Shown here in pieces: positions 39,206 through 49,682 of a DNA stretch of 64,000 bases. The notes below the pieces were generated by a model. It made no database searches. It saw nothing but the letters and a program-made list of their open reading frames with translations, and was not told the DNA's origin. Position 1 is the first letter of the stretch; each line of letters opens with the position of its first letter. The position numbers and the translations under genes were made by a program. Source of the DNA: Bacteroidales bacterium. GTDB taxonomy: Bacteria; Bacteroidota; Bacteroidia; Bacteroidales; UBA12077. Where the stretch lies: the NCBI GenBank assembly GCA_028282585.1, contig JANQHR010000049.1, positions 20,626-84,625 on the forward strand, written 5' to 3'.

Positions 39206-41035
39206 ATGAAAGAAAACATTAAAATAGGCAATGCTGGAGGGTTCTGGGGAGATGACCTGGACGCATTTAGGCGCCAGCTAATTGGTGGTGAATTAGATTA
39301 CATTGTTGCAGATTACCTTGCCGAGATCACAATGAGCATTTTACGAAAGCAAAATATCAAGAACCCACAATTAGGTTATGTTACGGATTTTGTCAACCAG
39401 GTGTTAGAAAATGCTGAGTTGATCGTACAAAAAAAAGTCAAGGTAATTACCAATGCAGGAGGCATAAACCCTTATGAATGCGCAAAGAAAATAGCCAGGG
39501 GCCTTGAAGAAAAGAATCTCAATTTAAAAATATGCATTATTGATGGAGATAATATTTACGATGAAATTAGTAGGCTTTATTTAAATACTTCATCGTTTAA
39601 AAACATAGAAACAGGAGAAAGTTTTGAACTTATAAAAGATAAAATTGAAAGTGCCAATGTATATTTAGGTATAATGCCGATTGTTAAAGCCCTTGAAAAA
39701 GAAGCCGATATAATTATTGCTGGCCGGGTAACAGATACTTCATTAGCCATGGCACCTGCATTTTACGAATTTGGGTGGGAAGAAAATGACTGGGACAAAA
39801 TAGCATCATCGTTGGTTGCAGGGCACATAATAGAATGTGGTGCACAAAGCTCAGGAGGAAACTATACCGATTGGCATAAAATCACAAAATGGGATAATTT
39901 CGGGTATCCCATTATAAATATTTTTCAGGATGGAACGTTCGAAGTTACCAAACACCCGGAAACTGGTGGATTAATTAACACCGATGTTGTAAAAGAACAA
40001 TTACTTTACGAAATGGGCAACCCGGGCCATTATATTAGCCCCGATGTTGTTGTTGATTTTACAACGGTTAAGCTTGAACCTAACGGAAATGATTGTGTGA
40101 AAGTTTCCGGGATAAAAGGAAAAGGGCCAACTACATCTTTTAAAGTGTCTATGTCTTACCGCGATGGTTTTAAAACGTCAGGTTCAATCATTGTTTCAGG
40201 GCCTAAGGCTTTAGAAAAAGCTCAAAAAATAAAATCCTTTTTTTGGAAACGTTTGGGTACTGAATTCGAAAAATCAAATACTGAATTTATTGGCTACAAT
40301 TCATGCCATGGAGAATTAGCACCTCCTATTAGCCCCAATGAGGTTCTTTTAAGGTTTAGTGTTTTTGATACGAACAGAACTAAAATTGAAGAATTTTCAA
40401 AGAATATTGCACCGGTTATTTTAAGTGCCCCTCCAGGAGTAGCTGTTACAGGCGGGAGGCCTTTTATACATAACGTTATGGCATATTGGCCTGCCTTAAT
40501 TGATAAAAAAGATGTAAAGGCTATTGTTCGAATTATTGGTAAAAATGAAGAAATCGAAGAATCGATTGAAATACCCTCAACCACTGGGTTTGAAAAGGAT
40601 ATTCCAACGATATCACGTGCCGGAATACAGGTTAGTACCGGCAAATACGAAAATTCTAAAATCAATTTACCTCAAAATGATTGGATAAAAACTAAGCTCT
40701 ATGAAATATGTTTAGCCCGGTCAGGTGATAAAGGCAATATGGCAAACATTGGAGTAATAGCCAGAAACAAAGATATTTATGACTTTATATCAGAACATAT
40801 TACTGCTGATTATGTTAAAAATATGTTTAAGCATGTTTGCAAAGGAAAAGTAACCAGGTACAAACTTGATAACCTGTTATCGCTTAACTTTCTGCTTGAT
40901 GAATCGCTTGATGGCGGCGGAACAAAATCTCTCATGATTGATGCACAAGGAAAAACACTTGCATCTGCTTTTTTAAATCAAGAAATAAATATACCAACGG
41001 AGCTTTCAAATACAGTTAAAGACAGTTCCGGGTGA
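39206..41035 (+). CDS. Acyclic terpene utilization AtuA family protein
   Basis: GFWGD, DYLAEITM, NAGGINP, GRVTD, AGHIIECGAQ.SGGN, KEQLLYE, ARSGDKG, DAQGK. Confidence 0.88.
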   Translation: MKENIKIGNAGGFWGDDLDAFRRQLIGGELDYIVADYLAEITMSILRKQNIKNPQLGYVTDFVNQVLENAELIVQKKVKVITNAGGINPYECAKKIARGLEEKNLNLKICIIDGDNIYDEISRLYLNTSSFKNIETGESFELIKDKIESANVYLGIMPIVKALEKEADIIIAGRVTDTSLAMAPAFYEFGWEENDWDKIASSLVAGHIIECGAQSSGGNYTDWHKITKWDNFGYPIINIFQDGTFEVTKHPETGGLINTDVVKEQLLYEMGNPGHYISPDVVVDFTTVKLEPNGNDCVKVSGIKGKGPTTSFKVSMSYRDGFKTSGSIIVSGPKALEKAQKIKSFFWKRLGTEFEKSNTEFIGYNSCHGELAPPISPNEVLLRFSVFDTNRTKIEEFSKNIAPVILSAPPGVAVTGGRPFIHNVMAYWPALIDKKDVKAIVRIIGKNEEIEESIEIPSTTGFEKDIPTISRAGIQVSTGKYENSKINLPQNDWIKTKLYEICLARSGDKGNMANIGVIARNKDIYDFISEHITADYVKNMFKHVCKGKVTRYKLDNLLSLNFLLDESLDGGGTKSLMIDAQGKTLASAFLNQEINIPTELSNTVKDSSG

Positions 41036-41064
41036 AATCAGGAACCGTATAAAAACAATGCTAT

Positions 41065-42207
41065 ATGTTTATTCAAGAAGAACAAAAACTAGTTCGTAAA
41101 ACCGCACGAGACTTTGCCGAAAGGGTTATAAAACCAGTTGCACAAAAATTAGATGAAGAGGAGAAGTTTGATGTTGGCATCGTTCGGCAAATGGGAGAAT
41201 TAGGTTTTTTTGGGATGGTGATACCAGAAAAATATGGAGGGAAAGGAATGAGTTCTCTTTCCTACATTATTGCTGTTGAGGAAATATCAAGAGTTGATGG
41301 TTCGCATGCTGCTACCGTTGCGGCTCATAATTCCTTGGGCATACGGCCTATTTATAATTTTGGCACCGAAAGCCAACGATGCAAATATATACCGCCACTT
41401 GCCAAAGGCAAAGGTTTATGGGCTTTTGGCTTAACAGAGCCCGAAGCAGGTTCAGACTCACGAGGGACAAAAACAACTGCCAAATTTGAAAATGGAAAAT
41501 GGATTTTAAATGGTTCAAAGATCTTTATAACAAATGGCTCTACTCCTATTACGAATGGCGTGACCGTTCAAGCAGTAACCGGAGAAGACAACGAGGGCAA
41601 AAAAGTATTCACTACATTTCTGCTGGATTCAGGAACAAAAGGTTTTACAGCAAAAGCAATGAAAAACAAGTTGATGTGGAGAGCTTCTGACACTTCAGAA
41701 TTATTTTTTTACGATTGTGAAATTCCGGAAGAAAACCTACTGGGAAAAATTGGTGAAGGTTCCAAAATAATGCTTAAAACCTTAGATTCAGGCCGGTTAT
41801 CAATTGCTGCAATGGGCTTAGGTTGTGCACAAGGTGCTTATGAAGAAGCTCTTAATTATGCTAAAATTCGCAAGCAGTTCGGAAAACCGATCTCAAAATT
41901 CCAGGTAAATTCGTTCAAATTAGCCGATATGTATGTAAAAATTGAACTAGCCAGAAGTTATTTATACCGGGCCTGCTGGCTAAAAGACCATAAGCAGCCG
42001 TTTGGAGTTGAGTCAGCCATAGCCAAGTTGTACTGCTCAGAGGTGGCAAAAGAAGTAACAGATGAAGCAGTACAAATACATGGTGGTTACGGTTTAATTA
42101 AAGATTATCCTGTTGAACGGTTTTACCGCGACCAGAGGTTATTAAGAATTGGAGAAGGAACCTCAGAAATACAAAGGTTAGTTATCTCCAGGCATATTGG
42201 TTGTTAA
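41065..42207 (+). CDS. Acyl-CoA dehydrogenase
   Basis: GLTEPEAGSD, NGSKIFITNG, R.QFGKPI, QIHGGYG, IGEGTSEIQR. Confidence 0.93.
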   Translation: MFIQEEQKLVRKTARDFAERVIKPVAQKLDEEEKFDVGIVRQMGELGFFGMVIPEKYGGKGMSSLSYIIAVEEISRVDGSHAATVAAHNSLGIRPIYNFGTESQRCKYIPPLAKGKGLWAFGLTEPEAGSDSRGTKTTAKFENGKWILNGSKIFITNGSTPITNGVTVQAVTGEDNEGKKVFTTFLLDSGTKGFTAKAMKNKLMWRASDTSELFFYDCEIPEENLLGKIGEGSKIMLKTLDSGRLSIAAMGLGCAQGAYEEALNYAKIRKQFGKPISKFQVNSFKLADMYVKIELARSYLYRACWLKDHKQPFGVESAIAKLYCSEVAKEVTDEAVQIHGGYGLIKDYPVERFYRDQRLLRIGEGTSEIQRLVISRHIGC

Positions 42208-42280
42208 TATTTGCCTGTTTCCATAAAATAAATCACGGCGGTATTGATAAATATCATTCGTAATTTCATTCTTAAAACCT

Positions 42281-42288
42281 TATATTTG
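42281..42288 (+). promoter_or_regulatory. Bacteroidota -7 element upstream of the hydroxyproline locus
   Basis: TATATTTG about 180 nt upstream of the activase ATG. Confidence 0.5.
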
Positions 42289-42467
42289 TATCAATTAGGT
42301 TTGATATGAATCCTTTCTGTTCAAATATCTTATACCACGATTTTGGCAAAGGCCTTTACGAGTGCTGGATTTGCTAAGCCTTCCCATTTTATTGTTTACA
42401 ATTTAAATTCATGGGATGATTGTATTCCGATGAATCATTTCTTATACTTTAAATTATTACAATCAAG

Positions 42468-43262
42468 ATGGAAGCTACAATTTTCGATATTAAACATTTT
42501 GCTGTGCACGATGGCCCGGGAATAAGGCAAACTGTATTTTTCAAAGGCTGCCCTTTAAAATGTTGGTGGTGCCATAACCCGGAAAGCCAGAGTAAAAATA
42601 TTGAATCCTTTACAAGAATTAATAGGCTTGATGGCAAAGAATTTAAAAAAGAGTCTCCTATTGGATATTCTATAACTATTGATGATTTATTTAAAACCAT
42701 TCAGGGCGATAAAATATTTTTTGAAGAATCCGGAGGGGGTGTTACTTTTTCAGGTGGTGAACCATTAATGCAAGCAGACTTTTTGTATGAAATCACAAAG
42801 CTTTGTAAAGAGAATGGAATTCACACCTGTATTGACACATCGGGATTTGCACCGGAAGAAACACTGCAAAAAATTGCAAAAATTGCAGATTGTTTTCTAT
42901 ATGACCTAAAAATTGTAGATAATTATTTACATTATAATTACACAAATACTCCGGTATTTGATATTATCTCAAACCTAAATTGGTTAGACCAAAATAATAA
43001 AAACGTTATTCTAAGGTTTCCTTTAATACCAGGAATAACTGACTCCCGGCAAAACCTTTCCGAAGTTAAATTATTTATTAAATCGCTTAAAAACATTCAT
43101 CAAATTGATATTTTACCATATCATGATATTGCCAATAGCAAATACAATAGGTTTAATAAAGAAAATTTAATGAAAGGTTCCGGCCTTATTCCAGAGGAGC
43201 AAATATCACATATTAAATCAGAATTTGAATCATTAGGGTTTAAGGTGGGTATTGGAGGATAA
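42468..43262 (+). CDS. Glycyl-radical enzyme activating enzyme (radical SAM)
   Basis: HDGPGIR, KGCPLKCWWCHNPES, GGVTFSGGEP, LPYH; adjacent to the GRE. Confidence 0.93.
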   Translation: MEATIFDIKHFAVHDGPGIRQTVFFKGCPLKCWWCHNPESQSKNIESFTRINRLDGKEFKKESPIGYSITIDDLFKTIQGDKIFFEESGGGVTFSGGEPLMQADFLYEITKLCKENGIHTCIDTSGFAPEETLQKIAKIADCFLYDLKIVDNYLHYNYTNTPVFDIISNLNWLDQNNKNVILRFPLIPGITDSRQNLSEVKLFIKSLKNIHQIDILPYHDIANSKYNRFNKENLMKGSGLIPEEQISHIKSEFESLGFKVGIGG

Positions 43263-43316
43263 ACAAATAAAATTCCTGCTGGTGTAGGAATCTTAAAAAA
43301 ATTAAAATAGATAATC

Positions 43317-45680
43317 ATGAATTCACGAATAAAAAACTTAAGAGGCGAAAGCTTAATGGCAACAAATACATTATCTCCGGAAAGAGCCATTTTGCTGACT
43401 AAATTTTATAAAAATGAAATGGGTGATAAATCATCCATACCGGTAAAACGAGCTAAAGCCTTTAAATATATATTGGAAAATAAAAAGATCTGCATAAACC
43501 AAAATGAATTAATTGTTGGAGAACGTGGGCCTGTAGCTAAAGCCACACCAACATACCCCGAAGTAAGCTTGCATTCGTTAAAAGATTTGGAAATCCTTGA
43601 TACCAGGCCAAAAGTTTGGTTTAAAGTCGATGATGAAACCAAAAAAGTTTATGAAAACGATATCATACCTTTCTGGAAAGGCAATACGCAACGCGATAAA
43701 ATGTTTGGATTATTGCCTGATGAATGGAAAGCAGCGTATGAGGCAGGTATTTTTACCGAATTTCAAGAGCAGAGGGCACCAGGGCATACAGTTGCAGGCA
43801 AAAAGATTTTTCAAAAAGGAATGTTGGATTTAAAGAAAGAAATTAAGGATTCAATAGAAAAATTTAAAACATCAAATGGCCCGGAAGCTCAAGGCAAAAT
43901 TGAAGAACTAAAGGCAATGGATATTGCAGCAGATGCTATTATAACTTTTGCGCACAGGCATACAATGGCTTTAATTAGCTTAGCTGAAGTTGAAGAAAAT
44001 GAAGGGCGAAAGGCCGAGTTAATTAAGATGGCAAGAGTTTGCCGAAAAGTTCCGGCGAATGCACCCGAAACATTTCATGAAATGCTTCAACATTATTGGT
44101 TCATTCATTTGGGGGTAATAACTGAAGTAAACCCATGGGATTCATTTAATCCTGGCCGTTTAGACCAGCATTTGTACCCATTTTATAAACAAGAAATTGA
44201 AAATGGAACGTTAACAAAAGAATCAGCAATTGAGTTATTACAGGCTTTTTGGGTAAAATTTAATAACCACCCGTCTCCACCTAAAATGGGAGTAACAGCC
44301 TTGGAAAGCAATACCTATACTGATTTTTCATTGATTAATTTGGGCGGGTTAAAAGAAGATGGTACGGATGCTGTAAATGAACTAACCTATATCTTACTTG
44401 ATGTAATTGAAGAAATGAGAATCCTTCAACCAAGCTCCATGGTGCAGCTAAGTAAAAAGAACCCGGATAAATTTATACAGCGTGCTATTCAAATTACAAA
44501 AACCGGCTTTGGGCAGCCATCCATATTTAATACAGATGCAATTATTAAGGAATTGGTTAATCAAGGAAAAGACATTATTGACGCTCGAAATGGCGGCGCC
44601 AGTGGATGTGTGGAAACGGGTGCTTTTGGAACCGAAAGCTACATTTTAACCGGGTATTTCAATTTAAACAAGATACTTGAAATAACTCTTTACAACGGAA
44701 CTGACCCACGAACAGGAAAAGAAATTGGGTTAAAAACAGGCAACCCAAGAAATTTCCAAACTATTGATGAACTTTTAGAAGCTTATAAAAAGCAACTAAA
44801 TTATTTTGCTTATATCAAATTGAAAGGTAATAACATAATTGAAAAGCTTTATGCAGAGAAATTGCCTGTTCCATTCTTATCTCTCATCATTGAGGATTGT
44901 ATTTCAAATGGGATTGATTATAATGCTGGAGGTGCGCGTTATAATACCAGTTATGTTCAAGGAGTTGGGTTAGGCAGCGTTACTGATAACCTGGCCTCAA
45001 TAAAGTATAATGTTTTTGATAAGAAAAAAGTAAGTCTGGATGAACTGTTAAATGCATTGAATGCCAACTTTGAAGGATTTGAACAACTTCGCCATGATTT
45101 GGTTTATGAAACCCCAAAATATGGCAACGACGATGATTATGCAGACCAGCATTCGGTGTTTGTTTTCAATACGTTTTATGATGCTGTTAATGGAAAGCCG
45201 ACATACCGCGGAGGCAAGTATAGAATAAATATGTTGCCTACAACAAGCCATGTTTACTTTGGAAGCGTTATGAAAGCTACACCGGATGGGCGCAAAGAAT
45301 TTGAACCTCTATCTGAAGGGATAAGCCCATTTCAGGGTGCAGATAAAAAAGGGCCCACAGCTGTTTTAAAATCAGCTGCAAAAATTGACCATATAAAAAC
45401 TGGTGGAACTTTGTTGAATCAAAAATTTTCTCCATCCTTTTTTAAAGATGAAGAAAGCATTGAAAAATTATCCTACCTGGTAAGAAGTTATTTTAGAATG
45501 GAGGGGCACCATATCCAGTTTAATGTGGTTAATGCAAAAACTTTACGCGATGCTCAAAAACATCCTGAAAAATATACAGATTTAATTGTTCGTGTTGCAG
45601 GTTACAGCGATTATTTCAATGACCTTGGAGAAGGGCTACAAAATGAGATCATCCGAAGAACAGAACATGAAGAAATATAA
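43317..45680 (+). CDS. hypD: Glycyl-radical enzyme, trans-4-hydroxy-L-proline dehydratase
   Basis: VRVAGYS glycyl loop, SGCVE Cys loop, and HypD-type motifs EF.EQRAPGH, PWD, SNTYTDF, LTGYFN, MLPTT; 787 aa. Confidence 0.85.
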   Translation: MNSRIKNLRGESLMATNTLSPERAILLTKFYKNEMGDKSSIPVKRAKAFKYILENKKICINQNELIVGERGPVAKATPTYPEVSLHSLKDLEILDTRPKVWFKVDDETKKVYENDIIPFWKGNTQRDKMFGLLPDEWKAAYEAGIFTEFQEQRAPGHTVAGKKIFQKGMLDLKKEIKDSIEKFKTSNGPEAQGKIEELKAMDIAADAIITFAHRHTMALISLAEVEENEGRKAELIKMARVCRKVPANAPETFHEMLQHYWFIHLGVITEVNPWDSFNPGRLDQHLYPFYKQEIENGTLTKESAIELLQAFWVKFNNHPSPPKMGVTALESNTYTDFSLINLGGLKEDGTDAVNELTYILLDVIEEMRILQPSSMVQLSKKNPDKFIQRAIQITKTGFGQPSIFNTDAIIKELVNQGKDIIDARNGGASGCVETGAFGTESYILTGYFNLNKILEITLYNGTDPRTGKEIGLKTGNPRNFQTIDELLEAYKKQLNYFAYIKLKGNNIIEKLYAEKLPVPFLSLIIEDCISNGIDYNAGGARYNTSYVQGVGLGSVTDNLASIKYNVFDKKKVSLDELLNALNANFEGFEQLRHDLVYETPKYGNDDDYADQHSVFVFNTFYDAVNGKPTYRGGKYRINMLPTTSHVYFGSVMKATPDGRKEFEPLSEGISPFQGADKKGPTAVLKSAAKIDHIKTGGTLLNQKFSPSFFKDEESIEKLSYLVRSYFRMEGHHIQFNVVNAKTLRDAQKHPEKYTDLIVRVAGYSDYFNDLGEGLQNEIIRRTEHEEI

Positions 45681-45773
45681 TTAGTTACAAATTAAAGATT
45701 TCAAATTTTACGTTCACTTAAATTTTGAATTTGAAACCTGGAATTTAAAATATATTAATATCAATCATCAACC

Positions 45774-48056
45774 ATGAGAAAAATATATTCAATCATCTTA
45801 ATTACCTGTGCTTTATCTAAAATTATACTAGCTCAAGGAACACTTGAAGACTATCAAAGAGCGGAAAAGTTTTTGCATTTTAATGTTTACAATTTGGTTC
45901 AGAACCTTTATTTAAATGCCAACTGGATTGATAAATCAAGCAATTTCTGGTATAAAACGGAATTGGAAAACGGGCATCGTTTTATACTTGTTTTACCTGA
46001 AAAAAATGAAGTTAAACCTGCATTTAGCCATCAGAAATTAGCTGAACTGCTGGAAAACAAACTTAATGAAAAAATGAATCCTGACTCTCTCCCATTTTCT
46101 AAAATTAAGTTCAAAGACGAAATGAAAACCATCCTTTTTAAGGTTGATACGCTAAACTTTAAGTATGAGATAAAGAAAAACGAGCTTTCCATATATACAC
46201 CAAAAAAGGATGAACTAAAAAAGAATGAATCAAAATCACCAGATGGAAAATGGATTGCATTTGTTAAAGATTATAACCTTTACTTAAGAGACACAAAATC
46301 TAAGGAAGAATTCCAATTAACCTTTGATGGAATGGACAGGTATGATTATGCTTCTCCTATTTCCTGGTATAAAACTGTTGATGAATCCAAAGGAGATACA
46401 TACGATCCTGAAATATGGGTTAAATGGTCGCCTAACTCAAAAAAGTTTGTTGCAACCAAGTTAGATAGAAGGAACGCAAAAAAACTATATATGTACCAGT
46501 CTCTTCCTGATAGCGGAATGCGGGCAAAAGTATGGTCCTACGAAAGAGCATTGCCAGGAGAAGATTTACCGTTGCAAGAATATTATATTTTTGATGTTGA
46601 AACAAAAACAAATGTAAAAGCCAACCTAGAGCCTTTAGAAGACTTGTGGGCTGGATTTACACCAAACTGGGCTGAGGATAGTAAAACATTCTATTTTGCT
46701 CAAATGGCAAGGTACTACAAAGCTCTTGGTTTATATTTTATTGACTCTGAAACAGGAACTGTTAGAAATATTATCCATGAAGATGCAAACACCATGATTG
46801 AATATCAAATGGTAGGTTGCAAACTCATCAATAATGGAGAAAAAGTAGTTTGGATGTCGGAACGTGATGGATGGAGCCATTTGTATTTGTATGACGGAAA
46901 GACTGGTGAATTAATAAACCAGGTTACAAAAGGTGAATTTGTTGTACGAGAAATAAATTTTATAGATGAGAAAAATGAAATAATATATTTTACTGCTGGA
47001 GGAGTTGAAAAAGGCCGTGACCCCTATTATAAACATCTATACAAAATAAACTATGATGGTTCTGGAATGGAATTATTAACTCCTGAAGATGCTGAACATG
47101 AAATTCAATTCTCTCCAGATTATAAGTATTTTATCGATAATTATTCCCGGGTTGATTTAAAACCAAAAGCAGTTTTAAGAAGGTTATCAGATGGCAAATT
47201 AATAAAGGAATTACAAGAATCTAACATTGATAAATTAATCGCAACCGGTTGGAAATATCCTGAAAGGTTTACAGTTAAAGCCCGTGATGGCAAAACAGGC
47301 CTTTATGGAATTTTACAATATCCATCTACCTTTAACCCTAGAAAGAAATATCCTATAATTAACAACTCCTATTCTGGCCCTCAGGCAGTTAATGTTCCAA
47401 AATCATTCCGCCGTGGAATATGGAATGACTGGGCACCATTAGCTGAAGTTGGTTTTCTGGTTATGCGCATTGACGGTATGGGAACTGCCATGCGTTCAAA
47501 AGCATTTCATGACGTTTCGTACAAAAATTTGGGCGATATTGGTGGGCCTGACCATATAGCCGGGATAAGGCAATTGGCCGAAAGGTACGAGTATATTGAT
47601 ACTACAAAAATTGGAATATTTGGGTTTTCGGCAGGAGGTTATGATGCAGCTCGTGCAATATTGAAATACCCTGCCTTTTACAAGGTAGCTGTGGCATCCG
47701 CTGGAAATCACGACCACAGAATGGCTAAAGCGTGGTGGCCAGAGCAATATATGGGTGAACCCGGCAACCACTATATAGAACAATCCAATTTAACTTTAGC
47801 TAAGAATTTAAAAGGAAAGCTTTTACTCATACATGGCGATATGGATAATAACGTTAATCCTGCATCGTCATATAGATTAGCAGCTGAATTGGTGAAAAAC
47901 AACAAAGATTTTGATTTAATAATCATCCCAAACGCCAATCACGACTTAACATGGAGGAGTAAATATGCAACTCGAAGGCGTATGGATTATTTTGTAGAAC
48001 ACCTTTGGGGTATTAAACCTCCGAAAGAATTTGAATTCAAAGAGTATAAAAAGTGA
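45774..48056 (+). CDS. Exported S9B dipeptidyl-peptidase IV family peptidase
   Basis: Signal peptide, beta-propeller (SPDGKWIAF, SERDGW.HLY), GFSAGG nucleophile, HGDMDNNV, NH catalytic His. Confidence 0.9.
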   Translation: MRKIYSIILITCALSKIILAQGTLEDYQRAEKFLHFNVYNLVQNLYLNANWIDKSSNFWYKTELENGHRFILVLPEKNEVKPAFSHQKLAELLENKLNEKMNPDSLPFSKIKFKDEMKTILFKVDTLNFKYEIKKNELSIYTPKKDELKKNESKSPDGKWIAFVKDYNLYLRDTKSKEEFQLTFDGMDRYDYASPISWYKTVDESKGDTYDPEIWVKWSPNSKKFVATKLDRRNAKKLYMYQSLPDSGMRAKVWSYERALPGEDLPLQEYYIFDVETKTNVKANLEPLEDLWAGFTPNWAEDSKTFYFAQMARYYKALGLYFIDSETGTVRNIIHEDANTMIEYQMVGCKLINNGEKVVWMSERDGWSHLYLYDGKTGELINQVTKGEFVVREINFIDEKNEIIYFTAGGVEKGRDPYYKHLYKINYDGSGMELLTPEDAEHEIQFSPDYKYFIDNYSRVDLKPKAVLRRLSDGKLIKELQESNIDKLIATGWKYPERFTVKARDGKTGLYGILQYPSTFNPRKKYPIINNSYSGPQAVNVPKSFRRGIWNDWAPLAEVGFLVMRIDGMGTAMRSKAFHDVSYKNLGDIGGPDHIAGIRQLAERYEYIDTTKIGIFGFSAGGYDAARAILKYPAFYKVAVASAGNHDHRMAKAWWPEQYMGEPGNHYIEQSNLTLAKNLKGKLLLIHGDMDNNVNPASSYRLAAELVKNNKDFDLIIIPNANHDLTWRSKYATRRRMDYFVEHLWGIKPPKEFEFKEYKK

Positions 48057-48194
48057 TCTAAAGTACTTAAAGTTAAGAGTTAAAAAATGTCATTCATTTT
48101 AGGCATTTTAGGCACTCAAGGCAATTATTAAATAAAGATAAAAATCACTAGATCCATTAAAGAAATTAATAATATTAAAATAAAAAGTAAAATT

Positions 48195-49586
48195 ATGTTC
48201 AGTAAAGAAACCTATATAAACAGGCGCAAACAATTAAAAGGGCAAATTGATTCCGGAATTCTTCTTTTTCTTGGAAACGAAGAAAGTTCAATGAATTATG
48301 CAGATAATACCTATAGGTTCAGGCAAGATAGTTCATTTCTTTATTATTTTGGCTTAGACTATCCTGGATTAGTAGGAATTATAGACGTTGACAATGATAA
48401 AGATTATATTTTCGGAGATGATTTAACCATTGACCATATTGTATGGATGGGTTCTCAACCCACAATTAAAGAAAGAAGTGAAAAAGCTGGTATCCAAAAC
48501 ACAGGCCAAATGGATGAAATGCTCGGTTTTTTGAAATCGGCTCAAGAAAAAAATAGAAAAATTCACTTTTTACCTGCATACCGCCCTGAGCATCAAATAA
48601 AGCTCCATAATTGGTTGGGTATTCCAATAAATGATACTCTTAAGCATTCTTCGATTTACATGATCGTTGCTGTCGGAGAACAAAGAAATATTAAATCAAC
48701 AGAAGAAATTGAACAACTGGAACAGGTTGTAAGTGTAACAGCTGATATGCATTTGGCAGCCATGAGGTTTGCCAAACCAGGCATGTCAGAAGCTCAAGTA
48801 GCAGCTAAAGTTCATGAAGTAGCACAAGCTGCTGGCGGAGATATATCATTCCCGATTATTGCAACCATAAATGGGCAAACCCTGCACAACCATTATCATG
48901 GAAATACAATAAAAGAAGGCGATTTATTTTTATTAGATGCAGGTGCTGAAAATAAACTAAGGTATGCTGGAGACATGTCAAGTACATTCCCTGTTTCACG
49001 AAGATTTACCGAAAAGCAAAAGGAGATTTACCAAATAGCATTAAATGCCCACGATTCGGCAATTGAAGCTTTAAAGCCAGGAGTAAATTTCAAACAAATT
49101 CACTTTACTGCTGCACGCACAATATTCGATGGGTTAAAGGAATTAGGGTTTACAAAAGGTAATACTGAAGAAGCAATTTATGAAGGGGCCCATGCCCTGT
49201 TCTTTCCATGTGGCACAGGCCATTTAATGGGTTTAGATGTTCACGACATGGAAAACCTTGGCGAACAATATGTTGGGTATGCAGGCGAACCTAAAAGCAC
49301 TCTATTCGGCTTAAAATCATTACGCTTAGGCCGTGAATTAAAACCTGGCTATGTATTAACTATCGAACCTGGAATTTACTTCATACCGGAATTAATCGAA
49401 CTTTGGAAATCTCAAAACAAATTCACTGAATTTATTAATTATGATAAGGTAGAAGAATATAAAGACTTTGGAGGTACTCGAAACGAAGAAGATATTTTAA
49501 TTACGGATGATGGTTATAAAATATTAGGTAAACCACTAGCTAAAACCATTAAAGAAGTGGAAATTGAACGTGCAAAAGCATTTTAA
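48195..49586 (+). CDS. Xaa-Pro aminopeptidase (M24B, aminopeptidase P)
   Basis: FRQDSSFLY, LDAG...YAGD, GHLMGLDVHD, TIEPGIYF, GG.R.EEDILIT. Confidence 0.92.
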   Translation: MFSKETYINRRKQLKGQIDSGILLFLGNEESSMNYADNTYRFRQDSSFLYYFGLDYPGLVGIIDVDNDKDYIFGDDLTIDHIVWMGSQPTIKERSEKAGIQNTGQMDEMLGFLKSAQEKNRKIHFLPAYRPEHQIKLHNWLGIPINDTLKHSSIYMIVAVGEQRNIKSTEEIEQLEQVVSVTADMHLAAMRFAKPGMSEAQVAAKVHEVAQAAGGDISFPIIATINGQTLHNHYHGNTIKEGDLFLLDAGAENKLRYAGDMSSTFPVSRRFTEKQKEIYQIALNAHDSAIEALKPGVNFKQIHFTAARTIFDGLKELGFTKGNTEEAIYEGAHALFFPCGTGHLMGLDVHDMENLGEQYVGYAGEPKSTLFGLKSLRLGRELKPGYVLTIEPGIYFIPELIELWKSQNKFTEFINYDKVEEYKDFGGTRNEEDILITDDGYKILGKPLAKTIKEVEIERAKAF

Positions 49587-49682
49587 AGAATTACCGGAAT
49601 AATGGAGTAATGAATTAGGTATCGTTTTTCCATAAATCCATTATTCCATTTATCTTTACCATTAAAATTAATCTTTTTTAAA

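Noticed and set aside
43317-45680. Pyruvate formate-lyase or choline TMA-lyase call for the GRE
   Set aside because: Single Cys in SGCVE (no PFL Cys-Cys pair), HypD-type motifs, and a proline-peptidase context.
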